Shown here: positions 31,840 to 45,821 of the stretch, piece by piece
Numbering within the stretch: the first letter of the stretch is position 1
Layout: each line of letters begins with the position of its first letter
Source: the human T2T-CHM13v2.0 reference genome, Homo sapiens
Strand: one strand, 5' to 3'
NCBI RefSeq assembly: GCF_009914755.1
Contig: NC_060929.1
DNA: 64,000 nt
Translations under genes and position numbers: made by a program
Notes under the pieces: model-generated
Database searches by the model: none
Seen by the model: the letters and a program-made list of their open reading frames with translations, nothing else
Told to the model about the DNA's origin: nothing

Positions 31840-32035
31840 TTTATTTAGTACATACTGTTTCCTAAGAACTTTCTTAGTAATTTAAGAAGTTTATCTTATT
31901 TAATCTTTGCAACAATCCTAGAGAAAATTCTATAATCTCTATTCAACACATGAGGTAACCTACTTTTGGAAATTAAGTACAGCTGCCTGAGCCAAGGTGC
32001 TTGTCTTCTGTGCAACCAGAACTCAAATCCAGAGC
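31840..32035 (-). mobile_element. MIR SINE
   Basis: tatcttatttaatctttgcaacaatcct ... catgaggtaac ... ccagaactcaaatccag. Confidence 0.6.
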
Positions 32036-34277
32036 TATCATCAGGTGTTAGTGTTCCTGCTCTTTTATACTAATGTCTATCAGTTTCCTATGGCAATGTT
32101 AACTACCCTGGAAATTTCTTTTAAGAAACTGAGATAAAACATGGACGCATTTTGTATCTTGAAATGGATCTTTTTCAGTATTCTTGGAGGGTGGGAAAGG
32201 CTAGGAACATTTTGATTTTCTTCAGGCAGAATTTATTTCATTAATTACTTTTTTATTATAGTACTAAAGTGTATCTTGTTTCTCAATAGAGTAAATCATC
32301 AATTGACTGAAGCCTATTGAATTGTAAAATTAGCTAAAGTCTGCATTCATAAAGAAGTAACAAATCACACATACACACCCACAGACATTATACACACACA
32401 TTACTGACCACTTTGTTAAAAATGAAACTTCTATTATATACAAATAAATCAATTCCTTACATCATCTAGGTATTACACAAAGGTTTGTAACCCTGATTAT
32501 GGTATCAGTCAAACCAGAGACCATAAATATTCAGACAACACTATATTAATTTGATATTCTGTACTTCCATCCAAGGCAGAAAAGTAAACTAGCACATTTT
32601 GGAAAGCTTTTCAACAACAAGAATTGAAAAAAAAATAAAATGTTAAATGTATATTGCAAGAGTATTGAGGCTGTTTATAAACACAGCATTGAATAGTTCA
32701 CAGCTGACAAGTTTATTGAATTAATGGTATAGCTAATACAAAGACATATATGGCTACAAGTCATTAGATTTTTTAACTATTAGACTAAGGAAAAATACCA
32801 TGGCTCATATAAGATCAAGTTATTTGATTGTTTTTGAAAAATACCAATGAGATTTTTTATAGGTATTATCCAAGAAACTCAAAATAAGACCGTGTTTCTA
32901 CTTTCAAAATGTGAGCACATTTCCTAGAAAACCAGTCATTTTTATCGCTGTGTCAGCATGTGTCTGAGTCACATCTTAAGCTGGGATTTAAACTTGTGAA
33001 CTGAAGCACCAAAGAAAAACGTGCAACCATGTAAGTAAGCTTAAATATTTATTGGACACTTAGAAATAAAATATTAAGTGATGGGGTCATTTGTTTAGGT
33101 TGGTAAGATAAAGTAACTCATATTTTTAAAATATTGATAGGAAGACAGGAAATGCTGTTTCTTACAGTAAATAGTCAGTTGATCCTGGGGCATGAAAGAA
33201 CTACAATAAATCTTAAAATGTTGCTTTTTCATATCTAATAAAAGCATATACTTAGGCTAAAATGTTAATAACTGAATGCTGATAAAAATTTAATGAAAAT
33301 CCTTATATGTTAATGTTAGTATATGCTTATGATAAACAATATTATTCATATAAACTTATATGTAATAGAGTACCTAATTATCAATAAATATCAATTGTGT
33401 TTGCAGTCTGCAACATTATAAAAAGGAAAAGAAACCATATGATTTTCACACTAAGTTTCAAAGTGTTTAGTGATGATAGAATGACTGTTAATGAAAAGAT
33501 CTTCTCCATAACAGGGAGATCCCCTACAGTAAAAAAGGTCTTACTGTAATTTAGAATTTGGATGCTTAATCATGACAGGGTTATGTGGGGGCAGTGTGTG
33601 CTATATTCATTGCTTCATGAAAGACTGAAAAATGAGAGTGAACACAGCTCTCTTTTCAAGGATATGCTTATTCTTTCAGAGCTTTTTATAAAAATTTTAA
33701 TACATATTTTAATGGATAGGGATTTACTTAATATCATGATTAAGTATGCCATTTTTAATGTCTTCTTCTAATACCTGTTACAATTTTTTGAACAATTTTT
33801 TAAAGTCCAGTATTCAAACTGTTATCTAATAGTTTCTTACAACTATTGTTACTAAAATAAATTAAGATTTTATTGTTTAATGTCAATAGAAAACAAAACT
33901 ATATGTGTATTAAATGTAGTAATTCTACGCTAATTATTAAAATATTATGAAATAGAGACATTCTTTGAGTCATCATTTCTAACTTAAACTTTTTATCTTT
34001 GAGGAAATATAGCTTTTCAAATTGCTAATATAAACATTTTACGATCAATTTTTTTCCTTCAGCTACTAAACAATGGAAAACTATTTCTTTGAAGTTCTTG
34101 TTTTGCTTACTAAAGTACATTTTATGCCTACTATATATGTCAAATAATGCTTACTTTGGTTATTCATCCAAAAACATATACTTTAGGCTTAATATGCATC
34201 ATATACTATTAAGTAGAAACCCACAGCCCTGCTCTATTCCACTCAATTGCCCACATAACACACATACACTAAGAGTG

Positions 34278-34325
34278 GTGGAGAACAAGCAGTGAAAACA
34301 AGTGGAGAACAGCAGTGAAAACCAA
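34278..34325 (+). repeat. 24-bp two-copy tandem duplication
   Basis: gtggagaacaagcagtgaaaacaa followed by gtggagaacagcagtgaaaaccaa. Confidence 0.85.
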
Positions 34326-37267
34326 GATTAAGATTAGCTGAGACTTGGAAAGTCACTTGTTAAGGTGACTCCCTATAGTCAGGTATTTGGCAATAGAGGT
34401 GAAAGTATTACAATAAATAAAATTGGGTAGGCAGGCAGAAGTAAACAGTGACACTCTACCAATCTCTTCCTTCAAAGGCCACATGTGATTGTATAAAGAA
34501 TGAAACTGATGAAAGTAAAAAATGGAGCAATCAGGTTACCCAGAGAATTTGGAAGTGAGACTCCAAAATTGCATTCTGTAAATGAAGCTTTCATTGGTTG
34601 ATTATAGTACATTGGGAGTCAGGAGAACCATATTTGAAAGATATACCTGCCAATCAGAAAAATCAAGTCCTCATAAAAAGGAATAATGAAGATGTCAGAG
34701 AAAGAAAGAGATAAAATATGAGAGAGAGATTACATTATATATATACAAATATTTATACCTTATATTTATATATGTATACTTATGCTTGAGTGCTTTGAAA
34801 ATCTTGCTATTGTATTACTTAATCTTATTTATCTTTGAAATTAAGAAATACTTGCTAAAAAATGAGTAAGGGGGAAGTGGAAGAACAGAGAAATCAATTA
34901 AGTAAGGGAGAGACAAAATGAGACACAAAAATAAACATGGTGAAGAAGAGATGAAAAGAATGTCTCAGTATATAGGTAATTCAAGCATGCATTTCACTCT
35001 TCCAATCAAGTATGCTGTGAGCCAAAGAGAATTGCCGTCTGATTTAAAAACACTGATGAAGTTAACAATTTTAAAGTAAACTTTAAAAATAATATAATTA
35101 ATGAATTATTAGGCACCCAAATTGTTTTAAACTTTATTTTTTAAATTTTGCTAATGATTAACTTTGATAGCTAGAATCCTCCAACAGATATGTATAAACT
35201 CGTACCTATAATCAACACAACTCCCTTTACATGCACATCTTCTCTACTGTCTGATAGATTACTAAAATACCAGGGTACACATATCGAATTTAATTATAGC
35301 TATCTATATCAATTTAGTCAACTTTTAAAACGACCCTGAGTCTGCATTGCTTCATTTGTGAAACAGTGATATAAATACTAACCTAAAAGTGGTATTATTA
35401 AGAATCAAATGGATAACACATAGCTGTCTGTATATTAGAACACAACTGGTATCATTTTCCTTCTCTTATTCATATTTTGCCCACTGGCAACACTGCATTA
35501 ATATAATTTCTAAGTTAATACAAGCATTAATCTTTCATTTAAGTGGAAATATTTCAAAACATTTCCTGGGATTGATTTTTAAATAGTCTGAGGCAAACTT
35601 ATACAAATTATTTGCAACTGAAAGAAGACAGGTTCCTTGGAGATCTGTAAAAATATAATTTATTTCTCACATCTATTTTCTTAGAAACAATCTACAGCAG
35701 ATTTTGCTATACAACGATTCACTGAAGCTGAAGATAGAAGGTTTGTCTCCAATATATTTGGCTAACATTGTGCAAATCTTGCCAAGGACTTTTTGAGATG
35801 AAGTTCATATTTGCTACATCTTTACCTGTGAGTCTGATATTTAAGTGGAAATGTAATATTGTTATTTTTATTATTGAATTTTTAATACGTGCACCTATTT
35901 AGTGCAAATAAAATTCACAAAATAGTAAAGACCATATTGATTTTTAGAGAATATATATCAATATTTTGGACTGTCTGCTTTTTATTGCATTGGAGTAAAT
36001 ATCTACTATATAGTAGAAAACCCAGAAAAATAAAAATTGATCTCACTATACAGCTGGGATTTTCTAAGCCTTCTGTTCACATCAGCTGAGAATTGAATGT
36101 GGTACAAATAATTACCCAAAATAGACATTTTTCTAAGCACAGTTTCTGTAATGGAGGGTTTTCATTTTATGCATTATGTACTGGGAGTTAAAATGAGGAT
36201 CCAAGGGGGGAAATTCCCTATTTCATATAAAAAAAATTTTTAAGAGAAAACTTGTCAAATTTAAAAAAGAATAATTAATGAACAGTGAAGCTTTATGTTT
36301 AAAAATTTATTTTTGAAAGCAAACTTTTTTAAAAAGTCAACATTTCTCTTGAGAAAAAAGTGATCTTTTTTAAAACTAACAATATTAGATTGGGTGCAGA
36401 TAGACAGCGGACACATGCTGATTTTTTCTTCTTACATTGGAAGAGTCGACTGATGCTATATGATTTTTACTTTGATAATTAGAAAAATAGCTACTATCAT
36501 AATGAAAAATAGTCTGTATGTCTTCTAATTTAATAAAGTACTAAAAGAAGCACAGTTAAATAAAAATAAATGAAAAACAAACAGTAAGCATAAAGTGTAA
36601 GAATACAAAATAGTGTGCAAAAAAAAGACTTAAAATGCTTGTTTTGAAAAACACGATAGTATGATTGTTTGGAGGATAAGCTATGGAGCCTGATAGCTGA
36701 GATATGACATTTATCTTGGTCTCTTCCTAAATGTATAATCTTAAATATGTTATTTAACCTCGCCATACTTGAATTTCCTCATATGTAAAATTAAAGTAAT
36801 AATAAAATAATCTTCTGTTTTCTTTTGTGATTATTAAATGTGTTTTGGGTAGATTGGGCCTTAGAATAATGCCCACTTTTTATTACCAGCACTTATTCTT
36901 GCACACAGCTAACAATTAAATCCATTAGAAGAAAAATTACCTTTAAACTCAAAATACAACTAAAAAAGGATTCTTTAAAGGTTACATATTTTACAAAATG
37001 AGGGAATAAGTAATGAAAGCAGAATATAAATGTTTCAGAAAACAGGAAACGAACCCAAGAGAAACATGAAGAAAATTCAAAAGGTAACAGGAAGTCCAGA
37101 GACTTAATCGAAGGCCTATGGAATTACTAATCCACGATTTTAAAAGCTAAGGGAAGAATCCAAGACAAATGTTCTTTTAAAAATCCTATTAATTATCTGT
37201 CAGTTTTGACCTAATTAAACAACTAAAACAAGGTGACTGCAAACTACATACTTGAATCTCAAAGAAC

Positions 37268-37350
37268 AGTGAATTTACCATGAAGCTAATGAATCTTTAA
37301 TTTTCAAAACCCCTACCTTGTATAAGGCTGTGGAAGAGGCCCAGGGAATT
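37268..37350 (+). mobile_element. Arthur1/MER69-like hAT-Tip100 terminal fragment
   Basis: cagtgaatttaccatgaagctaatgaa resembles the Arthur1 terminus as I recall it. Confidence 0.4.
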
Positions 37351-38319
37351 TCACATCAAACTATTCTACTGTTTTCCACACTGTTATCCCTTCAAATGGA
37401 AGCTACACCTCTCCCCCCGTATCTAGAGCTATCCTTAATCTCAATAAACTCAACCTAAATATATTTCAAATCATGTTTACCTTAACAATTAAAAAATAAT
37501 GTCCATGGTCATTGCAGAGTCACTAAAAATGAAATGAAATGTGACCTATGAGAGAGAATAAGGTAAAATGTAAATGAGTTTATCTAATTACATTTAAATT
37601 AAATGTTAATTGCTTACTTATGCAATTTTTATGAAAATACTATGGGCAAGTAAACATATTCATAGAGTCTCAGTTTTTGAAAGTGGAGTTGGGCACCTTA
37701 ATGGCTCAAGTTTCGTTGATTTAGTGGTAAGTCTGTCCCTGTTGAAAAAGTTTTAACTTTATCTAGAAAACAGAATATGTTACACATAGAAAACAATGAA
37801 AAGATTTTTAACAGAGAGAGGGGCAATAGTTCTGTGAACTTTTCTATTTTAGCTTTAGCTATCAACTTCAATAGCATATAATAATTTTTAATGCCCAAGC
37901 ATGGAACCTAGAAGTCATATAAGAAACATTTGTTGAAGTTGGCAGTAATTTTGAATCTATGCAACTAAAGTTTACTACAATAAAAAATTGTATAACTCCA
38001 GCAAAGTAAGAAAGAGTTGATAAACTAATTCATATAACTCAAATCCTGTTTTTAAATTATAGCTATTTTCCTGCAGATACATCAAATTAAAATTTATAGG
38101 CATAGTTTCACCATGCTTTCTCTAAAGTGTAATTCTCATTGAACTATGCCACCTTGAATTATAAAAAAGGTCATATAACATTTATAATCTTTTTTAAAGA
38201 ACCATAGGAATTGTTTTTCTTTTCAAATATATATAGGTTATAATGATGGAGAATACTTAAAAGGACAAGAATTTCCCTCTACGATAATATCAAGAACGCT
38301 TTTATTAAATTTTTTTGAA

Positions 38320-38790
38320 GCAGCATACCATGGTAAAAACAACAACACTGATCCTGAGATTTGAAGGCAAAGGTTAAGGTCTCAATTCTGAACCTTGGCA
38401 ACTCTGCAACTGTGGACAATCACCTGTCTTTTATGCCTCAGTTTAATATGTCAGATCATGTCTGTAATAATAAAGATCTGTTATTAATATTACTCAACTG
38501 AAGATATAGATTTCTGTAGCTAAACATCATAAGAGACTTATTTGTCTAATAAATATCATAATATGAAATGTATAGATATAAAAACCCTTTCTATGTTTCA
38601 GATATTGTACTGCAAGATTTGCATATATTATTACATTTAATTCTCAAACTTATGATGAAAATGCTGATACTATAATTTTTATTTTACAGATAAAAAATTG
38701 ATGAAAAATAAATACTTGCCCAAGGCCATCATCATTTAAGTGGTGTAGGTAGGGTTTTAACAGGACATTCAGCTTCTCTAGTCTCCATGT
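38320..38790. mobile_element. Two MIR copies in opposite orientation (+ about 38320-38475; - about 38560-38790)
   Basis: ctgtggacaatcacc..tgcctcagttt on +; attttacagataaaaaattga...acttgcccaaggcca on -. Confidence 0.6.
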
Positions 38791-39227
38791 AAAAATAGGT
38801 ACATACTGATCCATATTTTTGCCTCCAATGAACTCAAAATTGAATTTTAAAATCTTGTTTAAAGTAGCATTAATATATATTTATTTAATTGAAAACTCTA
38901 TATTTAAAAATAGAAGCTTTTAAAAGTGTAAAGCATGGTAGTTCCATAAAATTAATATGTTAGTTCAATATTTATGAGTTTACATGTGACACTGATCAAA
39001 ACTGAAATGATGTTCAAAAATATAATTAAAGAATGGATTAATGCTTTGTTTCCAAAATATAATATTTTGGTGTAGAGCCAAGTATGACTATATTATGTGT
39101 GATTTATAATTTGTAATTTCAAATAGTTTCCAAAACATTGGATGTTTCTTATCTGAATACTCAAGAAAAGTGTGTGTTTACTCAAATAATAGTTTAAGCA
39201 AATGTCTGGCCTTTTTTCCCCTTTTCT

Positions 39228-39366
39228 CATATCGTATCAAACCAAATCTCATACATATCATATCGTAAAATATCTCATATGGTATCATATCACATATATC
39301 ATATCATATCATATCGTATCATTTCTATCATATCGTAACATATCATATCATGTCTCATATCATATC
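39228..39366. repeat. Degenerate (CATAT)n pentanucleotide repeat
   Basis: catatcatatcatatcgtatc-type units with 5-bp period; explains the YHI-rich ORF 39202..39408. Confidence 0.88.
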
Positions 39367-39499
39367 AAAAGCCCTAAGATTATTCCTCTCCCTTCACCAT
39401 TAATTTAGAAAAAGTAGAGGAAAAAAATTAAAGGTTAAAGTGAGAGCCTACAAATCCTTGTCTTTGCATTGGCTTATTTTTCCCACGGAAGATTTTTCT

Positions 39500-40330
39500 T
39501 TCATTTAATTTGTTTAACAAACATTTATAATTCCTACCATGTACCAGATACGAGACACAGGATTAAATAATTAAGGCCTCCCCATCATACTCTGGTTAGG
39601 GAAAGCTAAAAAAGAACGTATATGTCGATATATTAGAACAAATGGAAGATGGTTTACAAAGACAAAGCGTAAGTATTTAACTTGAATCCGGAATGATCAG
39701 TAACATTTGCTAATATTTTGTATTGATAAGAAGCATTTGTTAAGTTTTTGTTTTGTTTTGTTTTTACATTTGCAAAGAACAACTGGAAGGGTGTAGCATA
39801 AAAAGAGTAAAAAAGGCAGAAACAATAGCATCTATGGATTCCTTGAAGCAAGAAAAAACAGGGCATGCTTGAAGAGATTAACTATAATCCAACTATTTAG
39901 AGTTATTTACATGGAAAGGGAAAAGTAAACAGGGGAGTGGATGCTGAAGGATCAGATTGTGAAGAAAGACATGGAGGAATTTTTTTAATTTAGCACAAAT
40001 AATAGAAAATGATTAAAGATTTTTAGGATGATAAACACCAAATATTGGTATGCATTTAAGGAAATTTTTAAAAGAATAAGGCAGGGGTCAGGGATACTCA
40101 GTTAATGTTTGTTTTAGTTATTCAGAGAAAAGATTATAATGGCCAGGTCTAGAGTGGTGGCAGTGGGATTGGAGAAAAAGGGAATCATTGAGTAGAATCA
40201 AGAAAAGTTAAATCGCAGAACTTGTTTGTATGTGTCAGTTGAGGGAAATGGAAAAGGGAAGAATGGTGAATGAAGTTCTGAATTAAGCAAACTGGGTAGG
40301 CAAATGATACTTTGAGAAGGTTAAACCTTG
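39500..40330 (-). mobile_element. L2 (L2a-like) 3' region
   Basis: ttcatttaatttgtttaacaaacatttat..ctaccatgtaccag; agagtggtggcagtgggattggagaaaa; aagcaaactgggtag. Confidence 0.65.
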
Positions 40331-40402
40331 TTAACAAGAATAGAGGATTTCTGATTCAGGTTTGAAACTATATATACGAGTCCCAGACAGACAGATAGGT
40401 AG

Positions 40403-40767
40403 TGTACTAGTTCATTTTCAAACTGCTATAAAGAAATACCCAAGACCAGGTAATTTATGAAAGAAAGAGGCTTAGTTTACTCACAGTTCCACATGGCTGG
40501 GAAGGTCTCAGAAAGTTTACATTCACGCCAGTAGGTGAAGCAGGCACATCTTACCTGGTGGCAGGTGAGAAAGAGCAAGTAGGGAAAAATGTTTTATAAA
40601 ACCATCAGATCTCATGAGAACTCACTCACTATCACAAGAACAGCATGGGGGAAAACACCTGCATGATCCAGTCAGCTCCCATCTAGTCCCTCCCTTGACA
40701 TGCAATAAGTATGGGGAATACAATTCCAGATGAGATTTGGGTGGGGACACGGAGCCAAACCATATCA
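40403..40767 (-). mobile_element. THE1D-like MaLR solo LTR with 5-bp TSD GGTAG
   Basis: tgtactagttcattttc...ccatcagatctcatgagaactcactcactatcac...gagccaaaccatatca. ggtag at 40398-40402 and 40768-40772. Confidence 0.92.
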
Positions 40768-40807
40768 GGTAGATAGGTAAATAGGTAGGTAGGTAGATAG
40801 ACTAGAT

Positions 40808-40849
<42 letters not shown>

Positions 40850-40892
40850 GATACATACATACATACATGCATCATACATACATATTAGATAG
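40768..40892. repeat. Compound tetranucleotide STR (TAGG)n-(TAGA)10-(TACA)n
   Basis: Ten uninterrupted TAGA units at 40809-40848, flanked by taggtagg and catacata blocks. Confidence 0.93.
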
Positions 40893-42586
40893 ATTTGTCC
40901 AATAGAGAATTGAGGAAAAGAAAATTTATGCTTCAGGGAAAGTGTAAACTGTAGATTTTAGTTGGGAAATTAAAGCTATACTGATCAGTCATTTTCATGA
41001 AAAAAGATGTGTGCAAATATTTGAAGCATATTTGGAAACTATAAAGGCCCACATGGCTTCCTTTTCTGATTAGTGTGTAGAAAGTAAAAAGAAACTATCA
41101 TTCTCACTCTAACAAACTCATCAAGATGGTAAAACTAAAAATCAGAATATTGTAGTTTTTTCAACCCAACATAGAGCTATGGCCACAGAAAACATAAATA
41201 ACTAAATTCAGAGAAGAGCAAGACATTCACAGAAGAGATTAGAAGAAGAACAACTCCTCTCATTAGCTGGCAGAGGGACCAGATGAAGAGGAAACTATGG
41301 AGCGAGACACAAGCAGCAGAATACTTAAATAGTTTTCAATAATTTTAGTAATTGTCAGCTACTGAAAGATGGGGCAGGAAGGGGAACTGAAATATATTTA
41401 TCTTAATACTCTTAGCTTCAGCCTAAAGGAGATTTGAGCCATTTGAGCCAAGTCAAGATATCAGAGAGAAACTCCTCTGAGGCATTTTAGGCTTTCAGCT
41501 ACCATAACCCAGGAGTGCGGCAGGAGAGCTGAGACAAAATCCTTTAAGCCATTCTGGGCTCTTACAAAGTGTCAGGCAGTAGGCAGAGAACCAAGCAAGG
41601 AGAAATTGCTCTAGAAACAGAGAAACATGGTAGCAGAAAGCAGAGTGAACCTACCAACAACCCACAAAATTGGTAGCTAGGAACTAAAGTAGACAGAGAT
41701 CTCTTCCAGTACGGAAAGTTGACGGCTTGTTTGTAAAGGATAATGAAATCCCTCATACCATGACAGTTCAAAGACAAGTCCTGTTAAGGAAAATGTCCAA
41801 AACCATCACCCAGACATTTCTAACCACTGGTAAACTGAATCAAGCTAAAACTCTTAACAAAGCCCAGGCAAGCTCAACTGATAATCAGATTGATTCAGTC
41901 CCTCACTGCAGCATCCTAATAGAAAAGGTAATATGCTATTTTCTAAGGGTATATATTATTTATTCTGGTCTCTAGTAGTCTTTTATATAAAATAAATTGC
42001 ATAAAATTAATTAAACTTGCATAAAATAACTTGAATATATTTTCAGGAAGAAGCAATTAAATGTGTCTCATTACCAGGAAAGAGAATAGTCAGTACAAAT
42101 AAACCCAGAGATGTAACAGACATTTGTCAGATAGCATTTTAAAATAACTATAATAAAAATGCTAAAGAATTGGGAAATTTCATCAGAGAGGTAGAACTAT
42201 AAAGGTCCAAATGAAAATGTTAGACATTAAAAATACAATAGCAGAAAGGAAGAATTTATCTAACGGGCTCAAGAGCAGATTGGACACAGCAAAGTAAAGA
42301 ACAAATTGGAATATGCATGTATAAAAATTATGTAAATATTTTTAAAAGGAAACAATTTTATAACAGAGAAAAAATAAAAGCAGTGTGTCCAAGAAAGGTG
42401 AAAATATTAACTGATCTAAAGGATGAGCAATTTAAGTTTAAGAAAAATAAGGGAGAATGAATTAGGAAACACATTTGAAGATTACTGACCACAAACTTCC
42501 CAAATTTAATGATAGATACAGACACACAAGATTCAAGACATCAAATGCAATACAAGCATAATTATCATTTTAAAAAATTACCTCTA

Positions 42587-45029
42587 TCTTATGAATACAC
42601 ATTCTACTCAACAGTATGTGGAACATTCCATATGATAGGTCACAAAATGAGCATTAACAAATTTACAAAAGATCAAAATCATATCACTTTTTTAAATCAC
42701 AATAGAATAAAGCTAGAAATCAATAATAGAAAGAATGTTGCAAACTCTACTGTGGAAATCAACATGCTCCCAACAATGAATGGGTCAATGAAGAAATTAA
42801 ACAGGAAATTTAGAAATGCCTTGAGACAAATGAAAATGGAAACACCACATACCAAAACTTTTGGGATACAGCCCTAAAATGTATACCAATAAGTGCCTAC
42901 ACCAAAACAGTAAAAAGACTTCAAATAAACAATCTACAATGCACCATAAGGAACTAGAAAAACATACACAAAGTAGATCCAAAATAAGTAGAAGAGAAGA
43001 AATATAAAGATCAGAGCAGAAATAAAAGAAATAGAGATTAAAAAATGTTTAAAGATCCACCAAAGGGTAGGTGTTTTAAAAAGATGAACAAAATTGGCAA
43101 TCCTTTAGCTAGATGAAATAAGGAAAAAAAAAGACTCAAATAAATCAAATCAGAAACGAATAAAAGATATTATAAGTGACATTACATAAATATAAAGGAT
43201 CATAACAGACTCTTATGAAAAACTAATAAATTGAAAAACTCAGAAGAAATTGATAAATTCCTGGACACATACAAGCTACCGAGATTAAATCCTAAAGAAG
43301 TAGAAAATGTGAACATACCAATAATGAATAATGAAATTGAGGCAGTAATAAAGACTCTCCATAACAGAAAAGCCCTCACATCTGATGGCTTCACTACTGA
43401 ATTCTACCAAACATCTGAAGAAGAACTAATATTAATTCTCAAACTCTTCCAAAAAATTCAAGAGGAGGAAATGATTCAAAACTTGTCCTATGAGTCCAGC
43501 ATTACCCTGATACTAAAAACAATGACACAATAATAGTATCATCAAAAACTACAGGATAATATCCCTGACAAACACAGATGACATATCCTCAACAAAATAC
43601 TAGTGAACTGAATTTAACAGTACTTTAAAAATATCATTCACCATGATCAAATGGCATTTATCCTAGGAAATGCAAAGATGGTATGACATATGCAAATAAA
43701 TAAGAGATACATCACTTTAAGAGAATCAAGGTTAAAAAAATATTTCAATAAAGCAATAAAAAAATTCAATAAAATTCAACAGTCATTCATAATAAAACTT
43801 CCCAAAAATTATGTACATAAGGACTATCCTCAAGACAATATAAGGCATATATGACAAATCCACAGCTAACTTCACACTGAATGGGGAAAAATTGAAAGTT
43901 TTTTTCTAAAATCTTTAACAATACAAGAATACCCACTTTTATAACTTTTATTCAATATAGTACTGAAAGTCTTAGCCTGAGCAATTAGGTAAGAGAAATA
44001 AATAAAGGATATACAAATTGGAAAGGAGAAAGTCAAGTTGTCAATTTGTCCATGTTGGCAGAGAATATAATAATGTATAGAAAATCTTAAAGACTCTTCC
44101 AAAAACTATTAGAACTAATAAATGAATCTGGTAAAGTGGCTGTACATCAAATCAACATGCAAAAAATCAGTAGCATTTCTATACACCAATAGGAAACCAC
44201 ATGAAAAACAAATCAAGGCAGCAATTCCATTTATAATAGCTACCAAAAAATTCAAATACATAGGAATAAATTTAACCAGGGTGATTAAAGGTCTCTACAG
44301 TAAAAAACTATAAAACATTAATGAAAGAAAATGAAGAAGACACCAATAAAGAGAAAGATATCCTATATTCATGAATTAGAAGAATTCATATCATTAAAAT
44401 GTTCATATGACCCAAAGTGATCTGTAGATACAATGCAATCTCCATCAAAATACCCATGGCTTTCTTCACAGAAATAGAGGGAAAAAAAATAAAAAACCTT
44501 AAAATTCACATGTAAGTGCAAAAGATCCCAGAGAGCCAAAGGGATCTTGAGCAAAAAGAACAAACCTGGAGGCATCACACAATCTGACTTCAAAATATAC
44601 TACAGTGCTATAGTAATCCAAATAGCATGACACTGGCATAAAAACTAACACATAGGTCAATGGAAGAAAATAGAGAACCTAGAAATCAATTTACAGCCAA
44701 CTGAATTTTGGCACTTGCCAAGAACATGCAGAGGTTGGGGGTAAAGGGGATGGGACAGGTTTGTCAATGAGTACAAAGTTACAGTTAGTAAAGAAGAATA
44801 TTTTCTGGTGTTTTATTATGTAGTAGGGTGACCATATCTAATAACATGTATTGTGCATTTCAATATAGTTAGAAAAGAAAACCTGGAATCCTCTTTATCA
44901 TCTTCCTTATCACCACAAAGAGGTGCTAATTACCCTGGTTGATCATTATGCAATAGATACATATATTAAAACATCAAAGTATACTCCCATAAACATGTAC
45001 AATTATTATGTGTCCAACATAAAAAAGTA
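42587..45029 (+). mobile_element. L1MA (about L1MA5-7), 5'-truncated, with an internal deletion
   Basis: ORF2 peptides EEIDKFLDTYKLPRLN and DGFTTEFYQT; 3'UTR gtacaaagttacagttag...gctaattaccctg..gatcatta. Degenerate TSD aaaaattacctcta (42573-42586) / aaagatcacatcta (45030-45043). Confidence 0.85.
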
Positions 45030-45145
45030 AAAGATCACATCTAAGTATGTTATAGATGAATTGCTAATAACATCAAAATATCAAGTGCATAAGGAGAAAA
45101 AACTAACATACTATATAAAATGAACAGTGAAACATAAAGAGCAAT

Positions 45146-45821
45146 TTTTATTTATTTTTCTTTTCATTTCTACTTTTTTTAGAGATGTGGGTCTATGTTG
45201 CTCAGGCTAGATTCAAAGTCCTAGATTCCTACAGTAACCAAAATAGTATATACCCAAAGGAATATAAGTTGTACCACAAAGATATGCATGCATATGTTCA
45301 CTGCAGCACTATTCACAATATCAAAGACATGAAATCAACATAATTTGCCTATCAATGGTAGACTAGATAATGTAGTATGTATATACCATGGAATACTACA
45401 CAGCCATATAAAAGAATAAAATCATATTTTTGCAGCAACATGGATGGCGCTGAAAGCCATTATCCTAAGCTAAGTAATATAGAAACAGAAAACAAAATAC
45501 TGCATGTTCTCATTTATAAGTGGGAGTTAAACATTGAGTACACATGTGTACTTGAGGGCCAAGGGTGGGAGGAGAAAGAGGACAGAAAAACTACCTATCA
45601 TATACTATTCCTATTACCTGGGTGGCGAAAGAGTCTGTACACCAAACCCTCATAAAATGCAATTTACCTATATAACAAACCTGCACAGGTACACATGAAG
45701 CTTAAAAAAAACAGAATGATTATCATATGGAAAAAGCAAACAAATTCCTGTGTTCAAATTATCCTCCTGCCTCAGCCTCCTGTGTAGCTGGGTTTGTACG
45801 CATGTACCACTGAGCTTGGCT
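45146..45821 (-). mobile_element. FLAM_A-like Alu monomer split in two (45146-45228 and 45742-45821) by an L1 insertion
   Basis: agagatgtgggtctatgttgctcaggctag continues, after the insert, as aattatcctcctgcctcagcctcctgtgtagctggg...ccactgagcttggct. Confidence 0.78.
45229..45741 (+). mobile_element. L1PA16/17-like 3' end
   Basis: tatatacccaaaggaatataa, gcagcaacatggatgg, gaaaaactacctat, ctgtacaccaaaccc and caatttacctatataacaaacctgcac. Confidence 0.85.

Noticed and set aside
33498-33548. Two small adjacent hairpins (tacagtaa/ttactgta stem)
   Set aside because: Stems of 8 bp or less are expected by chance, and there are no RNA-family features.
37020-37210. Possible HAL1/L1M fragment
   Set aside because: Similarity is too weak to support by eye.
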